Assembly: GCF_037042905.1 (NCBI RefSeq)
Contig: NC_087246.1
Span: 61,814,001-61,878,000, forward strand
Length of the DNA stretch: 64,000 nucleotides
Origin: Lytechinus pictus
Taxonomy: Eukaryota
Direction: 5' to 3'
This document shows, one piece after another, positions 1 to 11,614 of the stretch. The translations under genes and the position numbers were made by a program. Within the stretch, counting starts at the first letter, position 1; every line of letters starts with the position of its first letter. A model generated the notes under the pieces. The model saw only the letters and a list, made by a program, of their open reading frames with translations, was not told where the DNA came from and did not search any database.

Positions 1-420
1 GGTCACACTAAATCAAGACTTCTGAGTTTGAAAGACCAAGCCCATGCCATATATTATTTGGTATGACAAAAGGTATGCTTGAATCATATGATTTGATAAG
101 ACCAGCATCACGTAACATAAAGATTTGCCACATATGAAAGAACCGATCTGATTGTTTCGTGGTCAGTGTTTCGAACAGCCAACCAACAATCGGGCCCTAT
201 GAACCAGCAATACCCATACCTCATGAACTATAGAGATATGGTATCAAAAATGCTGAATTGCAACAAGTTACTTGTGAGGTCATCACAAAGTATGATTACG
301 AAGGAGAAATACTACTTTTTCTTTCTTCAAATAATCAGAATATTACAGCATTATGCTGCATTTACAGTAAATGTACAACAAAGTTGTTTATTCAGTCTTT
401 TTCCAATCTTTTGGTCTGAT

Positions 421-556
421 AGCATATCATGAAAGGACATTATATCTGACATGTCTCGTAAAATCTGACAGTTATCACAGGAACTGTGCTTCTCAGCCAA
501 TCAGAATCAAGGAAAGTTGTCAGATCTGACATGTCAGACAATTTTGCCAAATGCTT
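421..556. mobile_element. Short degenerate MITE with central CCAAT motif
   Basis: Ends agcatatcatgaaa and ttttgccaaatgct are loosely inverted; internal cagccaatcagaatcaagg is also seen at 52672. Confidence 0.4.
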
Positions 557-576
557 GCTAGTTCTTTTACTATCTA

Positions 577-888
<312 letters not shown>

Positions 889-1157
889 TCAAGCATCATA
901 TTTGCTGTGAGTTAAAGTCTTTTAGATACAATATTGATGTGTATCAAATTTCATCCTCAGTTTGAGGGTGGTTCTGACCTGGGGGGGATATTGCAGTTAT
1001 TTATTTGTGGTCATCCAATCCGTAATATCAATTTTACGACAGTGCAAACCCATTTCAGAGAAAATTGACTTCAAAGTTTACTATAATTTCCACACTTTGT
1101 TCCCCATCCTAACAACATTTTCATTGCTAGAAAAATACATGGTTAGAAAGACCGAGT

Positions 1158-1626
1158 CAATTCTCGCTACCCCAAATAGCGATTTCGCCGAGATCCGGGA
1201 AAATCCCTGTAACGCGCATTGCATTATGGGATAGCTTTTCGGTATTACAACTTCCTGATCGGAAGTCCAATGCACTGTTTTGCCATTCAGATCAACAGTG
1301 CCGTCATGCACAACAACACAACGTCGCTTTCGCTCGGAAAGTTCGTGATCACAACCCTCTCTTTCACATTTTCACGTGAAATATATTTTTTATTTCTATT
1401 TATAATTCAAATGGAATCAAAACTGACCAAATTAGATAAAACGTATTATAATCTGTACATATTACGCTGATTGGCATCGATTTCAGCGTGGTGGAAAACT
1501 CAGTATCGCGAACCTCGCGCGAGCATAACTCTGAACCGGAAGTGGTGATGACGACCCGACGAAGTGAAAATTATCTCGTCTCGCGCATTATGAGATTTTT
1601 GTTCCTATTTGGGGTAGCGAGAATTG
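1158..1626. mobile_element. MITE with 22-bp perfect TIRs
   Basis: caattctcgctaccccaaatag (1158) and ctatttggggtagcgagaattg (ends 1626) are exact reverse complements. No TSD recognised. Confidence 0.75.
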
Positions 1627-3076
1627 CTTGACGCTGGTATCTTTATTTTTTACACAATACCAAGAATCAGAGAAATATCGCTAAACAGCTACCTGCTTGT
1701 AATTTCAGTTTGAGTGGTTTAGATTTTCCCTGTACAAAAACACCATGGGGGATACAACAACCCTGACCGCAATTTCATTGCGCATCTGCGCGCGATCAAG
1801 CAAAACATAGCATTGCTCTTTCACGTCTACAAAAAATCTGGAGTGACAAAGGGCGTGTGTTTATGCTTCCACTTTTCAGGCCAGAATCAGCGTTTCCATG
1901 TGATTAGTCCACAGTTGCGTCCATGCTTACTTTCATTTAAACGACGTTTCAGAATGCCGATTGTAAACTCACAAAAAGATATGTTTCGAAACATCGTTTG
2001 ACCAGAATCAGGGTTTCTGGGGAAGTATAAACAGAAGTTACAGAACCACGATCATAATCGTGTTTAAATGACATCATTTGGTACATGCTTCCGGTGAGAT
2101 TAAAATCCGCGGGCAAAGACTTACCTCCACAGAATTACTTCTCATCTGACCAATGTACATTTGCATATACAATGTATGTGTGATTATTGATTTAAGTACT
2201 ATCACTACTTCTCCTTCTACTTACTACTTCTTCTTATTTGTCATTACGATGAATGTTGAGGGATTTACAACAAAAAAAAAACGGGAACATGAGTTCTGAT
2301 GAGGAGACATCACTGAGCCAGATCAGTAGCATGAAAAATAGATGTCTTATTATTTTCTTATGTATACTTTAAAATTCTTTATTTTGTCTCACTATTATTC
2401 AAACCATGGTGGAAATTCTATGGCTATGTCAAATAGCTCAATGCAATTACTAAAATATCGGAACTTGTTCGCTGTTTAAATAATAGTCGACCATAACAAC
2501 ACTCGGAAAAAGAAACTGTTGGATTAGGGCGAGCCCAATTTGACCTCACTTTCCTGCTCAACGAAAATTGCCATGAGATGCCAGCTGGAGATCGTGATTT
2601 CGCCTCTGAAACTGTACATTGTATAAACAGCACTCCCATTTTACGAATCAGTGGAATATTTTTCAATTTTTTCCCAAAATTCTTGGAATATTTTTGTTTT
2701 TTTCTGAGCGATCCAATATAATATAAATATTCATGCTGTTTGACCAGTGACCCTCGCATGCGATGTTTTGAAATCGGCCATGAATAATTATATGTGAGAA
2801 ATTAGATACTGGCCCAAAATCACACATTTTGAGGATAACAGGAGGATGGACACGGAGTGAAATAAGGGTGAAGAGTAAGAAATAAAACTATTTTTCTTTC
2901 TCGTTATATTTTTTTTCTATAATTTTTACAATAAACCACCATTTGATCCCACCTTTGTCACACGGTATATCCGAACTGGTTCACCGTCCCGATGTTCGGG
3001 CAGGTGGAGCGTAGTGTAGCGGTAGTGAAGTGGAGTGGAGCCTGCACGAACATCGCTCGAGGTAGAACGCGGGCTA

Positions 3077-3234
3077 AGTTGAAACATTGTAATTTTCTCT
3101 AACGCCTGTAAAATAAATTTATGCAATACTGCCCTCAATTTATTGCTATTAATAATACAACATTAATAGCAATAAATTGAGGGTATTGATAAATTTATTT
3201 TACAGGCGTTAAAGAAAATTACAATGTTTCAACT
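3077..3234. repeat. ~160-bp near-perfect palindrome (hairpin)
   Basis: agttgaaacattgtaattttc...cgcctgtaaaataaattt...ccctcaatttattgctattaat pairs with attaatagcaataaattgaggg...aaatttattttacaggcg...gaaaattacaatgtttcaact; loop of about 8 nt. Confidence 0.9.
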
Positions 3235-3632
3235 AACCCCCCCAATCGATCTCCCCTACCGGTTATCATAAGAATTGCGCATTCAAAGAATTTAGACAGT
3301 TATAAATATAACATTACTGAGGAGCTGAATCAAAGCTGTGAAATTTATTAGCACCACCATCGGGCTTCCTTTTATTTCCTTAAGAGACATGCGAAGTCAC
3401 TTTCCATGGCTGAGGTAAGCAAATTCGATCATTTTTTGTAGGATTTTTGGCATTATCGTGAAATTGGGAACCAGTTCCCAATTTCCAAAGGACACTTTTT
3501 CACGACAAGACATGACCTACCTACCTTTTCGAGCTTGTTCACTGCTTCACCGCAGCTGGCGCGCTGATTCTAGATAAAGTAATCCTTCAAAGAGCTTAGA
3601 TCAGAAAGATTGATTTCGTCGCCGTCTTTTCT

Positions 3633-4593
3633 CTACTCGCTAAAATGGGAACCAGCGTGGAAAACTTCCCATAGAGTTGTACACACTGGTTCCCATTTTA
3701 GCGAGTAGAGTAAACTAGTTTACTCTATTCGCTGAAATGGGAACCAGCGCGTAATAATAAGTTGTACACGCTGGTTCCCATTTCAGCGAGTAGATAAAGA
3801 CAGATTACTAGTGATATTTATTTCGTTAGTGATTATTCTCTGACGAAATAAAGCTGATTAATAAACTGTCTTTATCTACTCGTGAAAATGGGAACCATTA
3901 TAATTCAGGAGAATTTTCTTAGATGGTTCCCATTTTGAAGAGTAGATATAGAGAGAGAGAATGCCAATGAGATTTATTTCGTCAGTGATGATTCTGACGA
4001 AATAAATCTAAATCTAACAAATTGTCTTTATCTACTCGTTAAAATGGGAACCAACATGTATAATTCATGAGAATTTTCTTAGATGGTTCCCATTTTGGCG
4101 ATTAGATTTAATAAACTACTTTACTCTACTCGCCAAAATGGGAACCAGTGCGTACAACTCTATGGAAAACTCCCCATAGAGTTGTACACATGGTTCCCAT
4201 TTTAGCAAGTAGAGTAAACTAGTTTAATCTACTCGCCAAAATGGGAACCAGCGTGGAAAATTCTCAATAGAGTTGTACACGCTGGTTCCCATTTCAGCGA
4301 GTAGATAAAGACAGATTACTAGTAATATTTATTTCGTTAGTGATGATTCTCTGACGAAATAAATCTGATTAATAAACTGTCTTTATCTACTCGTGAAAAT
4401 GGGAACCAGCATTTATAATTCAGGAGAATTTTCTTAGATGGTTCCCATTTTGAAGAGTAGATATAGAGAGAGATTGCCAATGAGATTTATTTCATCAGTG
4501 ATGACTCTGACGAAATAAATTTCACTAGTAAACTGTCTTTATCTACTCGTGAAAATGGGAACCAGCTATGCTGGTTCCCATTTTCACGAGTAG
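3633..4593. repeat. Alternating inverted-repeat array (16 copies of ctactcgNNaaaatgggaacca or its reverse complement)
   Basis: Forward copies near 3633, 3725, 3876, 4032, 4126, 4229, 4387 and 4543; reverse copies near 3686, 3771, 3924, 4084, 4191, 4282, 4439 and 4571. There is a higher-order duplication with a ~511-bp offset. Confidence 0.92.
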
Positions 4594-5120
4594 ATAATAC
4601 AGTTTACTAAAGTGATTCATCCCCAGATATATCTTGTTTGTGATTTATTTAGTGAATCGATTTTGTAATATAAGTTTTTGTCAACATTGTGAAAGTGGCA
4701 GAGTGGTCTTGAAGAGCAGGGAAATGCGGGGTAGCCTAGATGGATAATTACAAAAATTATAATTCCGCGGAATCGTCGATGTCATCTGAAAACTTGTCCA
4801 CCCGTGGCAAACTGAGCCCGTTAAACATCGCATGAGGAAAGAGGTAACCAGTTGTGCGAGGAGCTTCGCATCGTAAACAAAGCCTCTCGCATCAATTCTT
4901 TTCAAAATCGCCGAAGCGAAGATTCTTTACATATCGTGGTGAAAGGAGGTACAAGTTCAATTTGGCTACCAGTTCCCAAAAGCACGGAATGGCCGGATTT
5001 TTATTTTCTAATAAAAAAAAAAAACGATTGTATTGCTACTCACCTGAAAAAGCACGGGTGAGTAGCGAGGTCGAGGAGTTTCGGCAAATATTACTTCTGA
5101 CTTTTCTGTAATAATGAAGC

Positions 5121-5360
5121 GACACAGAATCCCGACATCGAGGCACCAACTGCAACTGGACCCTCAAATAAAGGAAAAGTTAGACCTCCATGTCGCGTTC
5201 GTTCTCCATATCGATCGGCCATTTTTTGTTTTCAATTTTTTTGAAAGAACAAACAAGACACTAAAGTTAGACCATGAATGCATGATCATGATGTAGACAG
5301 AACTTTTCCTTCTTTTGATTTGAGGGTCCAGTTTGTGCCTCGATGACAGGATTCTGTGTC
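5121..5360. mobile_element. MITE-like inverted-repeat element
   Basis: gacacagaatcccgacatcgaggcac...actggaccctcaaat pairs with atttgagggtccagtttgtgcctcgatgacaggattctgtgtc. Confidence 0.75.
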
Positions 5361-5701
5361 ACAAATAGACCTTCATCCATATAATCGAGGGTAAGTGCAT
5401 AATTTATTTTTCCCCCTTTTATTTGGAGTGCTATTGCGACCCCATTCTACCCCATTTTGGAGAGCAAAAGTAATACACGAACGAGTCCTGGGCTCCGGCC
5501 TGCGAAGCGGGCCTGAGCTCCCTGGGTTAGCATACCACCAGTACCGTACCTTACCGGTACCTACCGGTAAGAAGCGACACACGTGAGCTGAGCCTGAGTC
5601 TGAGAGTGAGAAAGCGCTTTTGTAAGTAAAATTTCAACATTACAACACATGGTATATTTCTTTGTAATTAAATACGTCAAATAATTCAATGCTATACTTA
5701 C

Positions 5702-5733
5702 TGGAAAACGTGTTCAGAACTCCAAATCTTCAT
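5702..5733 (-). CDS. PRELID3: PRELID3-like coding exon 1 (MKIWSSEHVF-H)
   Basis: Minus strand reads ATG AAG ATT TGG AGT TCT GAA CAC GTT TTC CA|GTAAGT, matching the MKIW.SEHVF N-terminus of SLMO/PRELID3. It is 32 bp, phase 2, and joins exon 2 in frame (CA|C = His). Too short to appear in the ORF track. Confidence 0.93.
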
Positions 5734-5867
5734 AGCTTTAAGAAATAATCACTCTAAAGCACTAAGAAAAGAGAAATCCGCAACGAAAATGCACGAGAAC
5801 TTATGCAATACCGGTACGTACAGTAATCTGTATAGCATGCATGCGGTGATCGTGACGCAGTATCCAA

Positions 5868-6178
5868 GGGTCGATTGCACGAAAGGGTCTTTGCAAGGAC
5901 CGTCTTTCGTGTCACCAATTTTTTATGATGCGCCATGTGAAACGCATCTCAAATAAATTATCTGCAAACATATTTTATTCGTCCGTTAAAACAAACAAAA
6001 TATTTGTTTATAAAATGATTTGATATCTCATGAAATTGTATAAAATTTGATTTAAAAGCAAGCTTACGAATTTTATTTGTTTATCTCAAATTTCAGAAAC
6101 ACCCCGCTTATAGCGCATCATAAAAGATGGGCGACACGAAAGGCGGTCCTTGGAAAGACCCTTTCGTGCAATCGACCC
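5868..6178. mobile_element. MITE (Harbinger-like) immediately upstream of the PRELID3 start codon
   Basis: Imperfect TIRs of about 70 bp, gggtcgattgcacgaaagggtctttgcaaggaccg... and ...cggtccttggaaagaccctttcgtgcaatcgaccc; 3-bp flanks caa/cag. Confidence 0.8.
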
Positions 6179-7486
6179 CAGGTCACGTTGCATGCACGCA
6201 ATTTCCATTGTGACCTCAAAGTCTGAATGACAAGTGAAAGGCATAGTAGTCTAATCTTACGTACCTTTTTGAACAATTTCATCTAAAATATTTATTATCT
6301 TTAACTATTTCTGATCGGTAAGCTACAAAAATATAAATATTAGTTGTTGTTTTTTCAGCAGTTTTTTAAAAGAATTTTTGTATGAATTGCATCAATATGT
6401 TACATTTGTAAAACTCAAATTACCATTAGACTAGTCTATGAATTAAGCGAGTTAGACTATGAACATTATAAAATACGCGCGGGCAATGTAATGCATAATT
6501 CATAAGCCGGTATGTGGGTGTGTACAGTTTCGCCAAATATGTACTTCCGGTATTGGAATGAGACATAAATGATGAAAAACATAATTTGGATGCAGGCATC
6601 CAAAACCTTAGTAATGATTTCGATAAATGATGTCAATATCTTGATAGTAAAACAATACGACAACTTGATTAGTATTTGTTATGCTATGTTATACAGTCCT
6701 TACGGAAGGAAACTAAAAAAACCCTGTAAAATCGTTGATCAATCCAAATTCACTCTGTCTATTCAAAAGATTTTGAATAGATACATAATCAGAGGGGCAC
6801 TTGATACTCAGTAAATGATATTCAGTAAAAAAAGAATAACAAATTTTCGTTAAAATGAACAAATTCTATATCATGCCAGAATAGGCCATACTTGTCTTTA
6901 TGACAGGAAATCCTTTGAAACAACGCCACCCCCCCTTTTTTTTGGGGGGGGGGGGGGGTGGACCATTCAGTTCAAGATTATTTCAATTCTACAAAACATT
7001 ATACATGTCATCATGTAATCAATGAAGTAAAAGTAACAATGAATTAACAACAGTGGCTCAGTTCTGGGGAATTTTTGGGAAACAAATTATTGAAATAGGG
7101 TTTCTCTCTCTCTCTCCTTCTTATTCTTTGTTTATCAGGGGAGGGGGGGGGGGGCTGGATAGGTGGACCGTGGAGTGTGTTTTCTTTTGTGTGTGTGTTT
7201 TATTAAAGCTTCGTCAAACTACTATATTTTGATTAAATGGTATTGTAAAGGAAAAAATTATGTTCAACTTGAGATTTATCTATAGATACTATGTTTGCGT
7301 CTTATAATTACATTCAGAGAAATTTCTAGAACTTGTAGGGGATTTTATTCTGCATATTACTATTCCCTTTGTGATATAAATTGCTAAAGAAACGTGTACG
7401 GATTGATTCTTAGTTTACTTTTGGAATGATCATTTCAAATTGTTTCATATATGAATTCTAATTCAACTATGTTAATGATTTTGTGT

Positions 7487-8352
7487 TACTGTAGAAGCTG
7501 TTATTTTCGCGGGGGTTTTATTTTCGCGGATTTCGCGAATTGCCGATCGGCCGCGAATTTAACAACACGCGAAAATATTGACACATTTCTTAGTCAGTGC
7601 CAATGTCCCCAACAGCAAAGCTACACTGTAGAAAACTTCCTGTGCAATGAGAAAATGGAGATATGCACCTGTATATGTACAAAAAATAAGGCTTAGAAAG
7701 TACAGTTAGTGATTCAAAAAGTTAGCTAGAATTTCACTTTTTTGAATTTCTCAAACAAAATCAGAGCCTAAACTATTTTCTAATATTATTTAATCAATAT
7801 TTATACACTCTCTGTAATATCAAAATGTATTTTTCATGAAATAATTTGATTTTATTTTCATCTGATTGACTCTATACACACGTATTGGCAGCTATTTGCA
7901 TACTCATTAATATTCATAAGTCACATGACCAGAGCTTTTAGAGGTGAAGATTCTGTTCACAAAATTCCAAATTTTTACACTTTTATCAACTTTTTGAAAA
8001 ATGAATCGAACAAATCACAAATTTAAAAGATTGTTTAATCCTGTAGATTACAGATCAAATTGTGGCATGATGAATTTTCAGATCTAAAGGTAAAAAAAAG
8101 TGAAATTCAAGCCACCTTTTTCCACAGTTTGTAACTGTTTTTACAGGGACATATTTATGTACAAAAGACACATCAGCAAGGGTACTTAGAGGAGCATAAA
8201 TTTGCACGTAATTTGCACTAGTTATGCTTCTTAGAAATGCTGTAGAGATGTTTTGTACATCTTCCAATCGCGAATTTAACAACCCGCGAAAATGTCGGGA
8301 CCCCCGCAATTCGCGAAAAATTCTGTACGCGAAAATAACAGCTTGTACAGTA
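7487..8352. mobile_element. Tc1/mariner-type non-autonomous element (TA-flanked)
   Basis: TActgtagaagctgttattttcgcg ... cgcgaaaataacagcttgtacagTA, with repeated tttcgcg/cgcgaaa subterminal motifs. Confidence 0.8.
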
Positions 8353-8439
8353 TTCGTTATTTTCAGATGTTATAATGAAGAAGAAATAAAATATGATTTC
8401 AAAACAAAATATATGATCTTTCGACCTCTCCATGACATT

Positions 8440-9422
8440 AATTTTGACCTTATCATCCTCATGAACACATTGTGGTATTACACAAGGATATTGACCATTT
8501 GGCCCTTAGATGACCTTTGATCCCGTCATCATCGAGAAACTACTGTTGCCCAAGATTTTGAAACAAGTGTGATCAAAATTGATATAGAAATAAAGAAATG
8601 AGAGCAAATTGAACAATTTTTTTTTTTTAAAGGATGAATATCATTTGACCTGACCCCTGATAACCTTTGACTCGATCATTTTGACAGGGGCTCACATGAC
8701 TGTGCCAGCTCATGATGCCGGCTGGAAATATTTATATTTAAATAAATTGAGTAAAATTCACAAAGCAAAATGCTAAAACTTTCGGATTACAAATAACGAA
8801 GTTATTGAATTTAAACTTTATCAATATTTTGTGAAAACAGTTATATGCACATCGTCATGAATAATCATTAGATGTGCTGATGATGTCACATCCCCACTTT
8901 CCTTTTTCTTATGTTATTACATGAAATCATAAATGCTTCATTATTTCGACATACATGTGTAAATGATGTGTCTCCATTATGATGAAATAAGTTGCGGCAA
9001 TAAATAACTATGCACTTAATCAGTTGTCAATCCATTTTTTTTTAGTTCTTGGTAGAAACATTTTGAATAAACCTAATTTCATATAATAAAATATAAGAGA
9101 ACAAGTGGGGATATGACATCATCAGCCCACCTATTGAATACTCATAAAGACATGCCTAGAACTGTTTCACTGGAATAATGCAAATCTTTAAAATTCAATA
9201 ACTTTGTTATTTGTTAACCGATTTTGATTAAATTTTTAGCATTTTGCATTGTGAATTTTACTCTATTTATTGAGATATAAATATTTCCAGCCTGGAACAT
9301 CCATTTAATTGATGCAGAAATAAAGAAATGAGAGCAAGTTGAACAAAAATTGTAACAGCCCAACAGGAAAAGTGATCACTATAGATCTCTGCCAAACTAC
9401 GTTCATGCGAGGCGATAACTAA
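8440..9422. mobile_element. Degenerate Helentron/Tsp-like element interrupted by a MITE
   Basis: tgacctttga repeat motifs; the segment gaaataaagaaatgagagcaa.ttgaacaa occurs on both sides of the insert (about 8587 and 9318); terminal aaaagtgatcactatag...gcgaggcgataactaa. Confidence 0.45.
8718..9308. mobile_element. Kolobok-type (TTAA) MITE, left end truncated
   Basis: Long TIRs ggctggaaatatttatat...gagtaaaattcacaaagcaaaatgctaaaa and ttttagcattttgcattgtgaattttactc...aatatttccagcc; the right end finishes in TTAA. Same family style as 55750-56166. Confidence 0.7.
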
Positions 9423-11203
9423 TAAAAGTATAACTGATGAGATAAAGTGAGTAGTTAGACTGTATATATCATATTTTTCACATTCATTACCGAAAGACCA
9501 AAAATAACTCTATCCAAATCTTGCCTATATAAAAGCATGGTGGCGGGTCTCCCTTGATTTTGCTATTAGGTAAATTACAAAATTTTACATTGTCTGTTAA
9601 TTAAAGGTTAACTATGAAGTTCAATATATACCCTTGGTGATTTGACCGATGTAAAGTGTCTTGACATCGTGAAGCTGTGCTAAGTGTGCTTTCGGATATA
9701 ATTCCACTTGTAACGCATTATATATTTTCCAAGGCTTAAATAGGACGTACGTATCTTATACTTGTGTCTTAGTTTTTAGAATGAGAAGATTTTTTGTTGT
9801 TGAGTTTATGATGTATTATTCCATTTATCCCCCCTCTCTCTATCCCAAATATACGGAGCTTTTCGCTAAGACGGGGTTTGATAATTGTTTTTAGTCCCCA
9901 ATATTTGTTAAGGAAAAAAAAGTAAGGTAAGGGCGCTTTTACTCCCAAATAAAGACATTTTGGGTTCCTCCTTTTTTTTTTTTTTTTGCATCGACATACT
10001 GCATGCGTCGTAACTCGACTCCCGCATACCACCACCTTCCCCCTTTCTGAATTAAAAATAAAATAGATGGACGCAAGGGGGCGTGGGGGATAGACCCCCT
10101 AACCTGTCCTTCATCCGCTACTGTTTCTACTCATCAATTTATTTTCTAAACTCTGAAAATTCTACCAAGTTCTTTGATTTTATCCTATCCATATTTAACT
10201 TTTTTGAAAGATCTTATTTTCTTATTATTTTTGTTTTGCCTTCTTCTCTTTTCGAGGCATTTCCCTTGTATACAATACACGTGCCCGTCATTTTAAATTA
10301 TTTTCCTTCTCCTTAATTGTTAATATAAGGTATTGGAAACCCCCACACGTAGGCAGCCCCCCGAAAAATTGAAAAAGGAAGAAAGGGAAAAGAAGGCTAA
10401 AAAGAGACTAATTTCAGATCTGAAAAAAAGTTTCAGCTTGCGATTTGCGCTCGCATTACCTGATGAGTGACATTTTTATTCTCTTCCTTTTGAGTTACCT
10501 TTTCAGTTAATTCAGCATCAAAATTTGCTTCATACTCGCGACAATTTGTGTTCTGTTTTTAGGGCTAAATACATTCAATATAAAAAAATCAGCTCACACT
10601 TCGTGTCTGTATAATTTATTTAGTCATTAATCGGTAGGATCCCCCCGCCTCATCCCCCCAAAAAACTTTTAGCTGTTCAGGCAGTGAATCAGGGAAAATG
10701 TCTTTGAAAAAATGTTTCTGCCCATGTTGGATCTGCTCCTGTATTATAAAATCCTTTTTTGTTCTTTTGATGTCATTTAATAATGGTGTCATTTCCGGTG
10801 GCCTACAGTGTACAAGCTGTGCTTCTTATGCCCGGGGGGGGGGGGGGGCAAGACACATAATTTTTTTTTGGAAGAAACTCAAAAGGGACCAATTAGCTTG
10901 TCATGGGGGTGCTTCGGCATTTTCCAAAGTGAAATTTTAAGGACTTTGAGAATTTTCATTAAAGCTATGTAAGTTTTCGAAAATTCTAGGGGAGGGGAAG
11001 GGTAGCTTCCCTTTGCCCCCCCCCCCCCCCCCCGCTGCGTACGGCCATTGTTCCAGTAATATATGTTTCAATAGGGATGATATAACAGGACACGATAGAC
11101 AAACGTGGGGTCTTTGTAGACAGGTGGTCCTTCCCCCTGCCCCCACTCCCCTGCGTACGGCTGTTGTTCCTGTAATATACCTTTCAATAGGAAATGCTAT
11201 AAG

Positions 11204-11482
11204 ACACTGGCGGATCCAGTGGGGGGGGGGGGGGGGGGGGGGGGGGGGAGGCACAGCCGGCCCATGCCAACCCCCCCCCCCTTTGAGAGGCACAATGAAA
11301 ATTTGTAATGCGAAAGTGCCGTTAAAACAAAAGTGTGCCCACCTTTTCAAAGTGAAGACCTTTTTTTTTTGCTTGTCAACTTTTTTCGTGGGTAAATTGA
11401 TATACCCTTAATTTTTGCTTGTCAAATTTTTCCTCGGGAAAATGTGCCCCCCTCCTTTAGGAAAATCCTGGATCTGCCCCTG
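11204..11482. mobile_element. hAT-like GC-rich MITE with 8-bp TSD
   Basis: Termini cactggcggatccag ... ctggatctgcccctg, flanked by ctataaga / ctataaca (8 bp, one mismatch); internal poly-G/poly-C tracts. Confidence 0.75.
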
Positions 11483-11608
11483 CTATAACAGGACAGGATA
11501 GCCAAACTTAGGGGTCTTTGTAGACAGGTGGTCGTTCTCTATCAGTGCCCCCTAGAAACACACCATGAATTTAACATTTGCAAAAAAGTAAAATGTTTCC
11601 ATATTGCA

Positions 11609-11614
11609 TTTATT
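11609..11614 (-). terminator. Candidate polyadenylation signal (AATAAA) of the SRCR gene
   Basis: tttatt on the + strand at the end of a ~4.4 kb AT-rich stretch downstream of the stop codon, just before a GC-rich repeat block. Other AATAAA hexamers lie upstream, so this is tentative. Confidence 0.4.

Noticed and set aside
2125-2145. ATG AGA AGT AAT TCT GTG GAG|gtaag as PRELID3 exon 1
   Set aside because: Phase 0 is incompatible with exon 2 (phase 2), and the true MKIWSSEHVF exon is at 5702-5733.
3633-4593. CRISPR array
   Set aside because: The repeats alternate in orientation, the spacers are re-used or palindromic and vary widely in length, there are no cas genes, and the context is a eukaryotic intron.
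5540-5630. Antisense (+ strand) first exon ending at GTAAGT 5622
   Set aside because: The only support is a donor-like hexamer in a GC-rich patch; no downstream exon could be identified.
10937-11411. Poly-Pro/poly-Gly ORFs on both strands
   Set aside because: They are translations of poly-C/poly-G tracts inside GC-rich MITEs.
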